DNA from: the human T2T-CHM13v2.0 reference genome, Homo sapiens
Assembly: GCF_009914755.1 (NCBI RefSeq)
Contig: NC_060926.1
Direction: 5' to 3' (one strand)
DNA length: 64,000 nucleotides
In this document: in pieces, positions 1 to 14,269 of the stretch
Position numbering within the stretch: the first letter of the stretch is position 1
Layout of the letters: every line of letters starts with the position of its first letter
Position numbers and translations under genes: made by a program
Notes under the pieces: model-generated
What the model saw: the letters and a program-made list of their open reading frames with translations, nothing else
The model's database searches: none
What the model was told of the DNA's origin: nothing

Positions 1-517
1 TGTTTCATTTTTTTTTCCTTAGGATTGCTTTAGCTATTCAAGCTTTTTTTTGGTTCTATATGACATTTGAAATAGTTTATTCTAATTCTGTGAAAAATGT
101 AATTGGTAGTTTGATAGAAATAGCATTGAATCTGTGAAATTGCTTTGGGCAGTATGGCCATTTAAAAAATACTGATTCTTTCTATCGAAGAGCATGGAAT
201 GTTTTTCCATTTCTTTATGCCATCTCTGATTTCTTTCAGCAGAGTTTTATAATTCTTATTCTAGAGATGTTTCATCTCCCTGGTGAGCCATATTCCTAGG
301 TATTTTTTGTATGTGGCTATAGTGAATGGGATTTCATTTTTGATTTTGCTGTCAGCTTGGATGTTATTGGTGTATAGAAATGCTACTGATTTTTGTACAT
401 TGATTTTATATTTTGAAACTTTGCTGAAGTTATTAGGCCTAGGAGCCTTTTTGCAGAGACTATGAGGTTTTCTAGGTGTGAAATTATATCATTTGTGAAG
501 ATAAATAGTTTGATGTC
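1..517 (-). mobile_element. LINE-1 ORF2 fragment (older primate L1PA/L1PB type), runs off the window start
   Basis: Antisense L1 ORF2 sequence (ttgctttgggcagtatggccat, gagcatggaatgtttttccattt, tatagaaatgctactgatttttgtacattgatttt). Confidence 0.9.
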
Positions 518-697
518 TGTTATGGTTTGGCTGTGTCCCTAGTCCAATCTCATTTTGAACTGTAGCTCCCATAATCCCCATGTGTCATGGTAGGGACTTG
601 GTAGGAGGTAACTGAATCACGGGGATGGGTTTTTCTCATGCTGTTCTCTTGATAATGAATAAGTCTCATGAGATCTGATGGTTTTATGACGGGGTTG
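518..697 (+). mobile_element. THE1 (MaLR) LTR, 5' part only
   Basis: Starts tgttatggtttggctgtgtcc and includes tgtagctcccataatcccc and aataagtctcatgagatctgatggtttt, typical of a THE1 LTR; truncated. Confidence 0.85.
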
Positions 698-1268
698 TAT
701 CTAATGGTTGCATTCATGAACATCCATGGTATAGATGTACCATAATTTGAATAACTACTTTATCATGTTTGGGTATTTTTCTAATATCTAATGCAAGAAA
801 ATTATTTATTCATAGGTCTCTACTAGTAACCCTTTGGTTTCTATAACATACATTTCTAGATATAAAGTATTGCTTGATGAAAAAGTGTATGTACATTAAA
901 TTTTAATACCCTCTTTATCATGGCTTAAAAATTAAAGATATAACAATGCATATTCACTCTAGGAGTTTTTAGAGTACTATTTTCTCTGCATCCCCAACAA
1001 AAATAAGTATTGTCATTTTTGCATGTGTTTCTATTTTGATATATATCAGTGATATCTTTTAATTAGCTTAACTTGTGCTATACTACTACATAACTATACT
1101 TCCACCTGATATTGTTACATTTCTGAAAATCATCATTCTTTAGTGAATTTAGAATAAGACAAAACAATTTATAAAGAGGAAAATGAAAGCAACTCCTATG
1201 CAGTAGATGTACGCCTCTGGATGTGAGTGGGAGGGGCACTATTCTCCTTTGGTTTGGGGGAAGCCCAG

Positions 1269-1443
1269 TGTCTTTCTGAATCCAAAGGAGACCTATGCAA
1301 TATGGGAACAGGAATCATCTATGAGCTTTGTACTACCTAATCTTGGCAGTTCATTGTCTTTCTGAATCCAAAGGAGACCTATGCAATATGGGAACAGGAA
1401 TCATCTATGAGCTTTGTACTACCTAATCTTGGCAGTTCATTGT
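1269..1443. repeat. Perfect 86-bp tandem duplication
   Basis: 1269-1354 is identical to 1355-1440, followed by TGT (1441-1443), which matches the start of the unit. Confidence 0.97.
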
Positions 1444-3204
1444 TTATTCAATGTTTGCACATCCCTGGGAATTTGGAACTCATTTTATTTGAGTGAGTCC
1501 AGCTGGAGCAACTCTACTATTAGAAATCCATGTATCTGAAGAGTCTACTCCTTACTTCTACTTGTTGATCTTCAATTGTTTTCTTAACAAAATAGATGAA
1601 AAAAATCTAATCTCTCTTCAGTAGGAGTTCATTTAAACATAGTATTTGATGACACTTAGCACTTATTAAGAATTGTTTTCTTCTCTATGTATCTTCATGT
1701 ATTTCAACCATTCCTCAGAAAAAAAAATAAAGTCTCACCACTGGCACTTCCATTTTCTATTACAGCTCTCTTCCTTCAGCAAATATTTAACTTATTACAA
1801 GATACTAAGAGAAAAAAACAACAACAAAATGAAAACGTCATATGATTCCATTCAAAGAAATACTTAAAATAGTATTTTACCAATTGTGTTTCTAGATATG
1901 AGGAACTAGGAAACAGTTTCCATGCCTGTCACAAATGTGAATTCTCCCACTAGAGAAAGCAGAAATTGCAGAAACTGAGCCCAAGAATCTGAAAGCATTT
2001 GAAAACCGCTTCCCCAGGTAATTATTCACAATCTCAGCATAGAGCTAGTGCCTTTAAGGCCTTTATCTTGTTCTTACCACCTGGATTGATTTAGGATGTC
2101 AGTCAGTTGTCAGAAACAAAGGATAGGAAATGCGCTAATTACCTATTAAACACCTCCAATTGGCTCGTAAGAATAACTTTCTTTTCTTCAGTCTGAGAAG
2201 CATGCATTTGGCCTCCCTTGCAGGAACCTCAATCCCTTGAGTGCTTTATTCATGCTGTGAGACTGTAGTTGAAATAAAGGTTTCCCTGAGCCTTAATTGA
2301 CTTGCTCCCACTTTTCTCTTGTAACTGTCTTTCTTTCTACAAATTCGCTTCTTAAAGATGTCACATTTTTCTTTAAGAAAAGTTGACATTCAGTAACCAA
2401 ACTCTTTGGAGAGCAAACCAAATCATAATGGCTTTTTCATAAAAAGGAAAGCCAAGTTGTTTATTTAAAAGAGAATGGATGAATCTCAATTTGAATATGA
2501 AGACATGTAAAAATGTCTTCATATTCATGTTTTCATTACCTATAGGCTATGGTATTAGAAGAACTTGAGTAAAGATCTTGTTCAGTGTCCTTTCAGCTTT
2601 GATTCTTTGGAATATTAAGGGTTTAGATATCTTAAAGCCCCGTATTGACTTATCTATGCTCCCTAGGTGCCCCAACGATCATATCTTAGCTAACATTGGA
2701 AAGCTTCTCAGAAATTCAACATGATATTGAGGCTGTAGTGGAGGTCATGCAAAACAGACAAGGAAACCAGAGAATCAAGTGGTTTCAAGAAAAACATTTA
2801 CCTACAGCCTTGTCTGTACTTGGAGAGGACTTTGAGTTCAGAGCTGGAGAACTTGGGTTCCAGTGGTACAACCAAGTCCCCTAGGTATATAGACAAGTGA
2901 TGTGTCCTTTCCAAATTCCTACTTACTTGTCTAAAAAATGCAATAATAATTATTTCCCACCAAAAGTTATTGCTATGGTGAAAGAAGTATCATAAAGTAA
3001 AATGGTAACTTATTTTTCACTGAAATCTGGACCTCAAGGGCCAAAATCTACCCACCTACACTAACCCAGGTATGTAGACTGATGGTCTGTATAATCTCAT
3101 TATATAAACTTACCTAGGCAATATTTAAAACACTATGAGAAATAGTAAAAACTATAAATCTGGGTTGATCCTATATTTAGTTAACCTTTAACAACTGGTT
3201 AAGT

Positions 3205-3690
3205 GAGGTTGAAAGGGTTTTGCAGAAGCAGATCCTGAGATGAGGGTTTATGTGCAAGTGATTCTTAACGAAGTACTCCCTGGAGAATCACGTGAGGATG
3301 TGGGAGGAGGAGTGCAGGGAATGGGAGAAGTCCAGCCAGGTTGGGGCTTTAGGTGCAGTCGCAGCAACAACCTCAGAAACAGTAGAATATAACTTACACC
3401 TCTGGAATTTGTTCACCCTGAAGGTAAGGCAAATTATTTTTCATACCTCTGTATTAGCTTGTCCTTGGGTAAAGGCTAGGGGTGCCTAATGAAGATGTAT
3501 AAACCCTCTGGCACCTTGGCTGTCTGTGAATAAGGGTGAATGAAGCAGGAGGCTCAAGGGATCCAAAAATAGTCCCCTGAAGAAAGTCACTGGTACAAGC
3601 CAGTAGAGGCAAAGCACAGAGAAGGTGAGGGAACTGGCATACAGAAGAATAAAAGGTGCATGAAGGGATCTGGGGAGAGTACCAACAGTA
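3205..3690 (-). mobile_element. Old ERVL-type LTR remnant (LTR16/LTR33-like)
   Basis: gggttttgcagaagcagatcctgagatgagggtttatgtgcaagtgatt resembles the reverse 3' end of ancient ERVL LTRs; boundaries approximate. Confidence 0.4.
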
Positions 3691-4224
3691 ACACCTTCAT
3701 TTGCCAATGCCAGTGCTGAGGCTCAGCAATAGTAAGAAGCATGCCCAAGATCACACAGCATATCAACGGCAAACTTGATTTCCCAACCCAAAACTCCCGG
3801 CTCAGTATCCCTTTCACATCGCCAGAATGCTGGCAGGTCTTTTCTAAGTCCTGATATTATTGTGCACATTCTTTATCCTAAACTGATTTTTTATTCATGT
3901 CAGAGAAAATTCCCCACCCCCATACAAATTGATATGTACCCACCACAGCAAGAGTCAATTATTTGTCAGACTATAAATAACTTAGGAAGCAGTTGCTGAT
4001 AACAAATCCCTTGCAAACACTGCAGTGAGTGAAAATGCTGTCCTTATTTCCATAAGGAAATGATAAAGGGAATGAGGAGTGAGACACACTCCCTCAAATG
4101 TAAGAATTGTAGAGAAATCAGTTTTTCTGGGATGTTTGCAAGATTTCATATGTATTGGGCATTTCCATTAATACAGGACAAAACATTTAATGAAAAATAA
4201 GAATAAAAATAAGAAAGGACTTCC

Positions 4225-4685
4225 TGTCGTGCCAAACCCTGTTGACTCCAGTGGGGATGGCACCATGTTCAAGAGGCCAAGGAAGAGCCCTGGAGCCAGT
4301 GAATGTGACATGGGGTTTTATTGGGGGCTTACGTAGAGGGGAGAGAGTCCAGCAGTGGCAGGCTGGACAGGAGAACCATAACCCTTATAAAAGCCGTGCA
4401 GTTTATATAGCATCTTCACTTAACATCCTCCCCCTAAGAACCTCCACCTGACAACCTTCATTTAACCCACAACAAAGGGTCTTGATCCCCTTTACAGACC
4501 ACAGTCCATGGGAATGGCTAGGGGCTCAGATGTTCCTCATAGATAGGGAATAAATCTCTGGGTTGTCTACTCTTGGATTCTCTCGCTCGGAACTCTGAAC
4601 ACACATTCAAGGGCATCTGCCATACAGAGTAGTTCTCAAGGTGAGCTCAAGTCACGTTATCACTTTGAGATGTGTTTACCACACA
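4225..4685 (-). mobile_element. Solo ERVL LTR (LTR32-like)
   Basis: TG...CA termini; minus-strand TATA-like gctatataaactgc and poly(A) signal (plus-strand ttttattg); 5' sequence ctgtatggcagatgccc...tgaatgtgtgttc resembles LTR32. Confidence 0.7.
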
Positions 4686-5390
4686 ATCCCTACCATGATG
4701 AATGTGAACAAATTGCCTAATGATCTTGCTGCTTGGAGAAGGCAAATCTTGTTGCTTCATATTCAGAAAAGAATGCAACACACCCATCAACACAGAAGTG
4801 AAAAATACAGGGTTTCCTCTTTTATGATATCACCAAGAAATCAGTGACCAACACTGGTCTGAAACGAGGAAAAGCAAATTGTCAAAGGCTTACAGGATTT
4901 GTTAAGATGCCCATGAGAATCCACATGAAAGCGACCACTGCAACGTGGCTGTGGGAAAGCTGCCTTCTGCCGGATGCCTGCTTTAACAGCTGCTTCCTTC
5001 TGACATGGCCAGCAAATGTTTGGGCTCTTCTAGGTTCAACAAAATGGTAATTGGCTAACCAGAAATAAGAAATGATCATCATTTTATATTTTGGAATTTT
5101 ATCCCCAGATATTCACAGAAGAATCACAATTAAAAGAAACCCACTTGAAAAGCATGGGCCATTTTCCAGTAATGTGCTGGCACAACCATTTTATTCTACC
5201 CTTATTTTGCCTTCACTTTCCTTTGTCCAGTGATGTTCCAAAAATAGAAGAGAATGACAAATAGTCATCCTGAGAGATTCAAAAGGTTACTACATCAAAG
5301 AGAAATTTGTTACAGTTTATTTCACTCCAAAAGGCAGCAGAATCAATAATGTAGATATTAAAGGATTCTATGCTACATGGCTTATATATC

Positions 5391-5791
5391 TGATATGGTT
5401 TGGCTCTGTTTCTGCACCCCAATCTCATGTTGAACTGTCATCCCCCAGTGTTGGAGGTGGAGCCCGGTGGGAAGTGATTGTATCATGGGGGTTATGTCTA
5501 AGAGTTTAGCACCATCCTCCTAGTGATGTCTTGTGACAGAGTTCTCATGAGATCTGGTTGTTTAAAAATGTGTAGCACTTCCCCTTTGCTCTCTCTCTCT
5601 CTCTCCTGCTCCACCATGGTTAGACTTACCAGCTTCCCCTTTGCCTTCTGCCATGATTATACGTTTCCTGAGGCCTCCCAGCCATGCCTCCTGTACAGAT
5701 GGAGGAACTGTGAGTCAATTAAACCTCTTTTCTTCATGAATTACCTAGTGTCAGGTAGTTCTCTATAGCAATGTGAGGACTACCTAATACA
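5391..5791 (+). mobile_element. MST (MaLR) solo LTR
   Basis: tgatatggtttggctctg ... taataca termini; 5-bp TSD atatc/acatc. Confidence 0.92.
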
Positions 5792-8365
5792 ACATCGTTA
5801 CTCAATAATTCTGCAAATTTTGTGTCTATTTATATAACAGGTATAAAAAATACAACTTGTAGAGATTACAACCAAAATTTCTTACACATTACCAGCCCAA
5901 ATCCCAACATCCTAATAACCCCCACAACCCTTCACACACATACACACCCGGGTCAGGAGACCATGTACCTGCTGTGAGATGACCTTCCTAAAAAGAGACT
6001 GATAGAAAGAAGTACAAAAGGAGACTGCAGAAGAACAGAAAAAGTGTCTCCAAAACAGATTTCAGGTGAAAAATAGGGACATTATTGTCTGTTTCTGAGC
6101 AGGGAGGCTCCTTAAGGAGGAAATGGGGAGAGAAAGGAGGATGTAGCTATCAGGTAGGAAGCAACTAGGTAAGCATCCTCACAGCCTTCCCCTCAGAGGC
6201 TATCTGGTCATACCTTAGCATATATAAAATTGATAAAGTATTTTAAATGTGTTACATCACTGCTCTGAAACAAACAGGGCAAGGGAAACAAACAGGAGAG
6301 CAAGTTTTCCTGATTTTTCCTGACTATTCATTCAAAAATATTGTTGTACTGGGTGACATTCCTTTCTGATTCTACCTCAAATCAAGAGTTTGTTAGAAAA
6401 GCTAATCTAAGCTAAATTTCTCTAGCATAACACACGTCTTAATAGTAAAACACCCTAGGGATTTTAAGCAGGAAGAATAGCCCACGGTGGCACTGAATTC
6501 AAACATTAAAGCTTTCCTTAAATTTATGTGCTTTCTTATAGATTCTTGTGAACTCTCTTAGTCATTGCCTAAATTCAGCCTCAAAATATGTCTGTGGAGT
6601 AATGAAGATTATTACTTTGTTCCAAAAAAGGAAAAACTGGAGCTTAAAGATGTAAAAGGGGAAACTTGTAACATTCAAAGTTGAACAAAGGTGGGAACAG
6701 TGAATGCCTTATTTAAGAAAAAATGCAAATAGACTAAGGGGAGAGGGATGGCTCCTCCCAGTGCTCTGGTTGGTGACCATTTAGTCTAACATTTTAGTCA
6801 CAAGGTGAGAATTCATTTGGGTGTCATATGTATAACACCATAATTTGTCAACCCCTGAGTGCCTGTCTCTACTAAGTTACTTTATGTGTTATGATAATGA
6901 TGAGAAATAGCAGTGCTCTCTAATAATATTGCACTTATTTAACAAGTTCCAGATGGGCAATTTTGAGTAAAAACTCTTATATATCTTAGACTATTTATCA
7001 ATTGCTTCAAGAGAATGGCATATTTAAAGCTAGGGTGTTCACTTAGATTTCCTTTAAGAATTTCCAAGTTAATTATCCTTGTATAAGTGAGATTAGTGAA
7101 AATATTGGCTTTGCTCTTAATACTCATTGATGCTGTATAACAAATAAAATATATGAAATTATTGAAAAACGAATGAAAATTAGCATTAATGACAATTATA
7201 TTTAAAAAATATTTCATTAGAGCAAAATATATGAAGATATATAAAGATCTAACTTTTATTTAAATGTGCTTTCATCATTGCTTGAATAAATGAAGCAATA
7301 TCCTGCTTCATTTATTCCTGGGATTTTCCTCAACATAAAGAAGCATGATACTTTTGAACACATCTTGAATTTTATCATAGAATGAGGTATATTGCAAGAC
7401 AACCTCTGGAACATAGGTCAAGGAGCTTCCTAAGATGAACTAGTTACCAAAACCACTCTCCTATAATAACAATATTTTTAAATTCCTTCTTGTTCATTGT
7501 TTATATAGCTTCATTTTTATTACTGGCATATGTCAAGGGAAATGAAGTGGAAATTGATAGCAATAAGCACCTATATAAGCAGAGAAGAAAGTTCTACAAT
7601 GAATAAACTTAACTTCTGCTTTCAGAAACTGAATAAAGAAAAGCAAACTAAACACAAAGTAAGCAAGATAAGAAAAGAATAAAGATCAAAACAAAATTAA
7701 AGAAAAAATCAAAAACAGGAAAAAAAACAGAAAAATAAATAAAACCAAAAGCTGAATTTTTAAGACCAATAAATTGATAAACCTGTAACCAGATTGATCA
7801 GGAACAAAAGAGGGAAGAAAGACACAAGTTTCCAATAATTGATATAAGAAAGATGACATCATTATTGATTCTAAATATATGAAAAGAATAATAAAGTAAT
7901 ATTGTAAACAAAGTAATGCCAATGAATTTGATAATTAAGATAAAATGGAAAAATTCCTTGAAAGATACAAAGGATCAAAGCTCATTCGAGAAAAAACAGT
8001 TAACCCTAGTAGCTCTAGGCCTATTAAAGAAATTGAATTTGTAGCTTAAAACCTTTTAACAAAGGTAACTCTGGGCTCAAATGGTGTGACTGGTGAATTC
8101 TACCAAACAGGAAAAAGCACTATTGATTATAGATGTAAGAGACAAGGAAATAGTCTCTATGACTGTTACAAATGCACAAACTCTTCCAGGAAATAGAAGC
8201 AAAAGGAATACTTCACAATGAATTCTGAGGCCAGTGTTAACTTAATAACAAAAGCAGACAAATACATTGTAAGAAAATAAAACTACACATCAATATCCCT
8301 TGTAATCATAAATATAAAATCTTTAAAAAAATTTAGAATTAAAACAAAATTATTTTTAAGGTATA

Positions 8366-8948
8366 TGATATGGTTTGGGTCTGTGTTCCCACCCAAATCT
8401 TATGTGGAATTGTAATCTCCAATGCTGGAGGAGGGGCCTGGTGGGAGATGATTGAATCATGGGGACAGATTTCCCCCTTGCTACTCCTATGGTAGAATTC
8501 TCACAAGATCTGGTATTTTAAAACCATGTAGCAACTCCTGCTTCACTCTTTTCCTCCTGCTCTGACCATGTAGGATGTGCCAGCTTCCCCTTTGCCTTCC
8601 ACCATAATTGTAAGTTTCCTGAGGCTTCCTCAGTCATACGTCCTGTACAGCCTATGGAACCATGAGCCAACTGAATCTCTTTTTTTTTTTATTTTTTTTA
8701 AATTTTATTATTATTATACTTTAAGTTTTAGGTTACATGTGCACAACTTGCAGGTTTCTTACATATGTATACATGTGCCATGTTGGTGTGCTGTACCCAT
8801 TAACTTGTCATTTAGCATTAGGTATATCTCCAGTGCTATCCCTCTCCCCTCGGACACACGAAGGGGAACATCACACACCATAAATCTCTTTTCTTTATAA
8901 ATTTCCCAGTCTTAGTTCTTTATAGCAATGTGAGAACGGACTAATCCA
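8366..8948 (+). mobile_element. MST (MaLR) solo LTR, itself interrupted by a short L1PA
   Basis: tgatatggtttgggtctgtg ... gaacggactaatcca; TSD gtata/gcata. Confidence 0.9.
8680..8879 (-). mobile_element. Short L1PA 3' end with a 5' inversion
   Basis: Poly-T plus antisense L1PA 3' UTR (8680-8850), then sense-orientation ggacacacgaaggggaacatcacacacc (8852-8879); flanked by an aatctcttt repeat. Confidence 0.88.
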
Positions 8949-10181
8949 GCATATCATAACCAATTTGGGTTTATCTCAGGGATGCAGACTTGATTTAACG
9001 TAGTCAACCAATGTATTCACCAAATCAATAAACAAAAAGTAGAAAAATATAAATATGATCTTCTCAATAGGTACAGATAAAGCAATTGTCAAAACTGAAT
9101 ATCCATTCCTTATAAAAAAAGCTCAGAAAACTAGAAAACTAGGAAGGACATGAAAAAAATCTATAGCTAAACACCATACTAATGTTGAATGGCTGAATGC
9201 TTTTCCTCTAAGGGCAGGTATGAGACAAACATGTTTGCTCTCACTGTTTCGAAGCCAATGAAACAGGGCAAAATAATAATAATAATAATAATAATAACAA
9301 TAAATAAATAAAACATCCAAGCTGAAAAGAAATAAAACTGCTTTTATTCACTGTTTCTTAAAAATTGAAGCATACACCTATCATATATTCCACCCATCTC
9401 GCTACTAGGAATTTACTCAAGACAAATGAAAGCGTATGTTTATACAAAAGCTTGTATACAAGTGTCACATAGCACTTTAATTTGTAGTAGCCCCAAACTG
9501 GAAAAGACTCAAATTTCTATCAACAGATGAATGGTTTAAAATATCACGTGATGCACATAAAAACATAGGTGAATCTCAAAATAATTATGCTGAGTGAAAG
9601 AACATAGACCATAAACATTGCATAAAATATGATTCCATTTTTATAAAATTCTAGAAAATAAAAGCTGATCTATAGTGCCAGAAGGTAGATTAACTGTTAC
9701 TAAAAAGTACCAGGTACTGGTGAGGGGGAGGAGTTCAAAGGGACAAGAGGAAATTTTGGGGGCGTCATTTATATGCTCACTATCTTGATTGTGGTGATAA
9801 TTTCACAGACTTATATATTTGTCAAAACTAATCAAATTGTACACTAAATGTATGTAGTTCATTGTATGTCAGTTATACCGCAGTAAAGCTACTCATATTT
9901 GTTTCTGCTAATCAAAAAGTTGAAATCAAGGGAGAGGGAAAGATGAACCATAGGCATAAACAGAGGAATATAACAGCACATGCCTTGACAATTCATGATT
10001 ATTCTCTCCTCCAGATCAAAATAAGAGGTCTTTTTAGGTAAATGAACCTATTTTTTATATTTTAAGGAAAGTTATATATTAGCTTGCAATGTTATATACT
10101 AGCTTAATATAATATTACAAATAATGAATATCCCTGTGATTGGACTCTTAGAACATTAGTTCATTTAGAAAACAGCACTCA

Positions 10182-10528
<347 letters not shown>

Positions 10529-11149
10529 TTAATTTTGCAATACACTGAAGCGCAAATAGGCTTTTTAAAGAATACAAAGAAGTTAAAATTCACTGACTAG
10601 ATGTCTTTAAGTTACGACATTTTTCACAATATTCTAGCAGGAAAAATTATATTACCCTCTGGCATGAAAACGTGGTTTCTTAAGAATTTTAGACCTGACC
10701 TGAAATGTCAAGGTTACTCTCCAGATCAAATGATTTTCTGAATGATGGTCTCAAATGAGAGTGGCAATGGCCAAAACATCCTTTTATTTGTTTAAAATGC
10801 AAGCTAAGCATTCCAGAACCCGCTGCAATCTCTCCACCAGTTCTCTCACCTTAGTACATACATTGCACTGATTCTTACTCTCAACTCTTCACCACTGTGT
10901 ATAGTCACAGGACTTTGGAATTGAAAGGGATCACGGGAATCAACTTGCTCATATCTTTTATTATTTTTTTAAGAAAAGAGATCAGATAGTCAGAAAAGAA
11001 AAGCGAGTGCCTCAAGGTAAATGGTTCAGTTGGAAGCAGGTTAAAATATATAATTTAGATCTCTTTATTCTCAGTCCAAAACTTTTCTTGCACCACTGGA
11101 TTTCTTAAAATCCTCAACCCCTATCACACCTACACATGTGTGCATGCGT

Positions 11150-11152
<3 letters not shown>

Positions 11153-11187
<35 letters not shown>
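11153..11187. repeat. (CA)n microsatellite
   Basis: Uninterrupted CA run. Confidence 0.97.
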
Positions 11188-11189
<2 letters not shown>

Positions 11190-12086
11190 AGATACTAACA
11201 TTTTCAGGATAGAAATCTTGATCTGAAAATATCATTATTTCATACCCAGTAATTTCATTTGACAGAACCCCCACTATTTTGTTTTTCTTCTGCAATTGAT
11301 TCCAAGATACATTAAGCTCAGGTCTTGAATAGAGCCAGCTTAATTTGAGAATTAATGTTCCTGTCATCACCAATATGCTTCTTTGCAGTTTTGTTCTCTA
11401 TATGGGAATACATATCTGACAATTATCATGTCTGATATCTTACTTTAGGTATATGTGGCCCAGCCTGAAGTGGAAACACCTGTGAAAGCATGGACAATGT
11501 TGGCAAGTCCTGGTGCATCTCCTCTATTTGATTTAGCTGAACTGAGACATATATGCAAGGTGATTAGAGTCTTACGATTACTCTCAGTGTGACAACAATT
11601 TTTAAAAATCACACCTTCATAAGATCTGTGAAATTTCACTGAAGACCACAGCCAAGATACCATCTCATCAATAAAATTCTATTTCTGAAATTTAATTTAT
11701 TTTTTAAACCCTCTTTTATACGAGACATGAAACAAATATGAGAAAGTTGTCATTGGCTTTAACCTAATACCTTTACACCAAGCTAAATTGCCTATAGTCT
11801 CTGGTGGTTGCTGCCCAAGAGATCCAGCCTTTTCCAGTCTGGCTCCTTTAAGCAATTTTCTTGACCTTTTGGATTTCCTCTGACTTTGTTATCACAGTTT
11901 GTCTTATTTAAGGGTTTACATGGAAAAAGAATCTTGGTGTTTTTTCTTTAGTCCCCATATCTACAGATATAACAGGTTCGATTTCCTTAGATTTATTGCC
12001 ATGTGTTCCCAAGCACAGGCATGTGTATATCTGCTCCTCAACTTTGACAATTTGGGGAAATATGATCCAACATCAGCCTTTAGAGC

Positions 12087-12138
12087 CTAAAACTCGAAGT
12101 ATAATAATAATAAAATAAAAATAAAATAAAATAAAAAT
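12087..12138 (+). mobile_element. Extreme 3' tip of an L1PA plus A-rich tail
   Basis: cctaaaactcgaagtataataataataaaataaaa resembles the L1PA terminus (cctaaaacttaaagtataataa); no clear TSD. Confidence 0.5.
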
Positions 12139-14269
12139 ATTTTTATTACACTATAAAATGGACAAAAATTTACAATATTGGTATTTGTTGTAGAGTAAAA
12201 TAAGAAAACTGATGGTTTCAGGATTTGATTTTTTTTAAAGTAGTAGGTGACCTGTACAGAAGTCCTATATGAGCTCATCATACGAGACTTACAAAAGACA
12301 TTAGGATGAAAAAATAAGTGTTTTATCCTTTATTGGCCACCAACTTTTACCTTCTAAAGAAGTTAGAGAAGCTGAGAATAGAACAGAAGAAGAGGATATG
12401 AGGGCCCACAGCACCCCAAGCCTAGGGAAAGTGGCTTTCAGTAAACAACATGGATAATAATAACATGCTTGTTTCCTGAAGTTTGGAAGGCAGAGGGGAT
12501 GAGTATTAGATCCACAGGCAGAGACAGAGAAATCTACATGGAGAGAATACATCTTGCTAGTTAGGCTTATAACAAAGCAAGTCACTGAAGTGGGATTGTC
12601 CAGAGCTCTGAGTTTGTCAAAGAAAAAAAAAGTGAGAATGTCTGTCATGAATCAGTTGTGCTCTGTACAAAGGGCAGAAGATTCCATCCAAACAAGGCAC
12701 TTGGTGGGCTGAAGGACCTAAGCACACAGAATGTGCCCTGCTGAATGTTTAGAAGCTACAGAAGGAGTAGTCCGTGGCCATACAGAAGGAAATATATTTG
12801 CCAGCATTAAGAGAACACTACATGTGTTCCCTGGTGGGGAAAGGTTTAAGAAGATCAACAAACATGCTCCTGTGTGAGAAAGAGTAACCAAACACCTGCT
12901 AAGCCCAGGGAGACTGAAACCAACTCACACCACCAATCAATTGGAACTTTCTGACACCGTTTGTTGCCTCCCATCACCATTTTCCCATCAGAACCATTAG
13001 ATAAGCCCACCTTTAAAACAAGTTCAATTTTTAAATTTACACCAGAAATGGATTGTTTATTATATTTAGGCTTTTCCTTTGGGGGTTGTTGGATTTAAGT
13101 CATCAGGCTTGTTGGTAGATATGTATCTACTTGTAACTTTATTTTTTACCATAATCATGTACCATTTTGTTTTCAAATATAGCTTTTAAAATATTGTAAA
13201 CATTGCCTGGAAAAAATGTGTAGCACTGCTTTACTATGTATGAGTTGGTTAGTCACACCATTCAAACACCCCTATGTCTTGTCTCTCAGTCAAATATTAA
13301 AAAAACAGTACACACACAGTTACTACTGGTGAAATATGTACATATGTTGAACACAATCTAATCATATTTATTAGAATCAGGCTAAATGTAATAGTTTTTA
13401 ATTTTTTGAATTAAATTTGTCAATTATTAAGTATTATCATTTAAATTATCTTATTTGATAGTAGCAACAGCCCTGTGGAAAACTGTATCCCTTTCTAGGC
13501 TTATAATTTGTTTGTTTCTATTCAGGGACCTAAAACTCAGAGATATTAGGGACTGTACAATGTTTGCTATTGTACTGTGTCCTTTTGATACGCAATGCAG
13601 ATTTCTATCTTCAAAAATTTTGCAATATTGCATTAACTGTATTAATGTGAAGTAAAACAATACTAAGGAAATGTATTGATTTTATTGTCATATTAAAAAT
13701 TAAGTGGTTATTATTATACATACCCACTCAGTTTTTGTGCATGTGTATACATATAGAGTATATTTATAGCAAAGACAATTCTTTAGGTTTTTAAAAATTG
13801 GTTTTGCTTTTTTCGTGTTGTCTTAACTTTGTATCATCATTTCAGTGCTCTTTTCATAAGATAACATCAGCTCTCCACAGAGGAATCCTAATGTAAGTTG
13901 TTCGTACAACAAAAATTTTATTTGGAGCAATCTGAAACTTGCATAGCAAAAGTGTGAATTCAGAAATAAGAAAATAGTTATCTTAAAGCTTGTATAAATT
14001 TGATATATTAAAGGGATCCTCATTCAGAAATTACTGATTCTTTGTTACTACAAATTATAATAACTGGTTTCCAGATTTTCTAAGCCATATTACATTTAAA
14101 GCACAAAATATAAATACTATTTGATAATTGTTTTATTAACTGAGTACTTATTGCTTAGTTGATACAGTTGAAGCCCTGTAGTAAGCTTCAAGTCTACAAA
14201 AACTTAGAACAGATGGCCCATGTCTTCAAATATCTTATATGTTTATAATTTCACATACACAAAATCTGT

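Larger units (their letters stand above)
7560..9890 (+). mobile_element. Old L1M element (ORF2 to 3' UTR, internally deleted), interrupted by an MST LTR
   Basis: A-rich L1 ORF2-like motifs (aaaattccttgaaagatacaa, actggtgaattctaccaaaca) and an L1M 3' UTR (ttatgctgagtgaaagaa, tatcttgattgtggtgat). Confidence 0.85.

Noticed and set aside
1-517. Similarity to 49130-49580 suggesting a local duplication
   Set aside because: Both are the same region of independent L1 copies; family-level similarity explains it.
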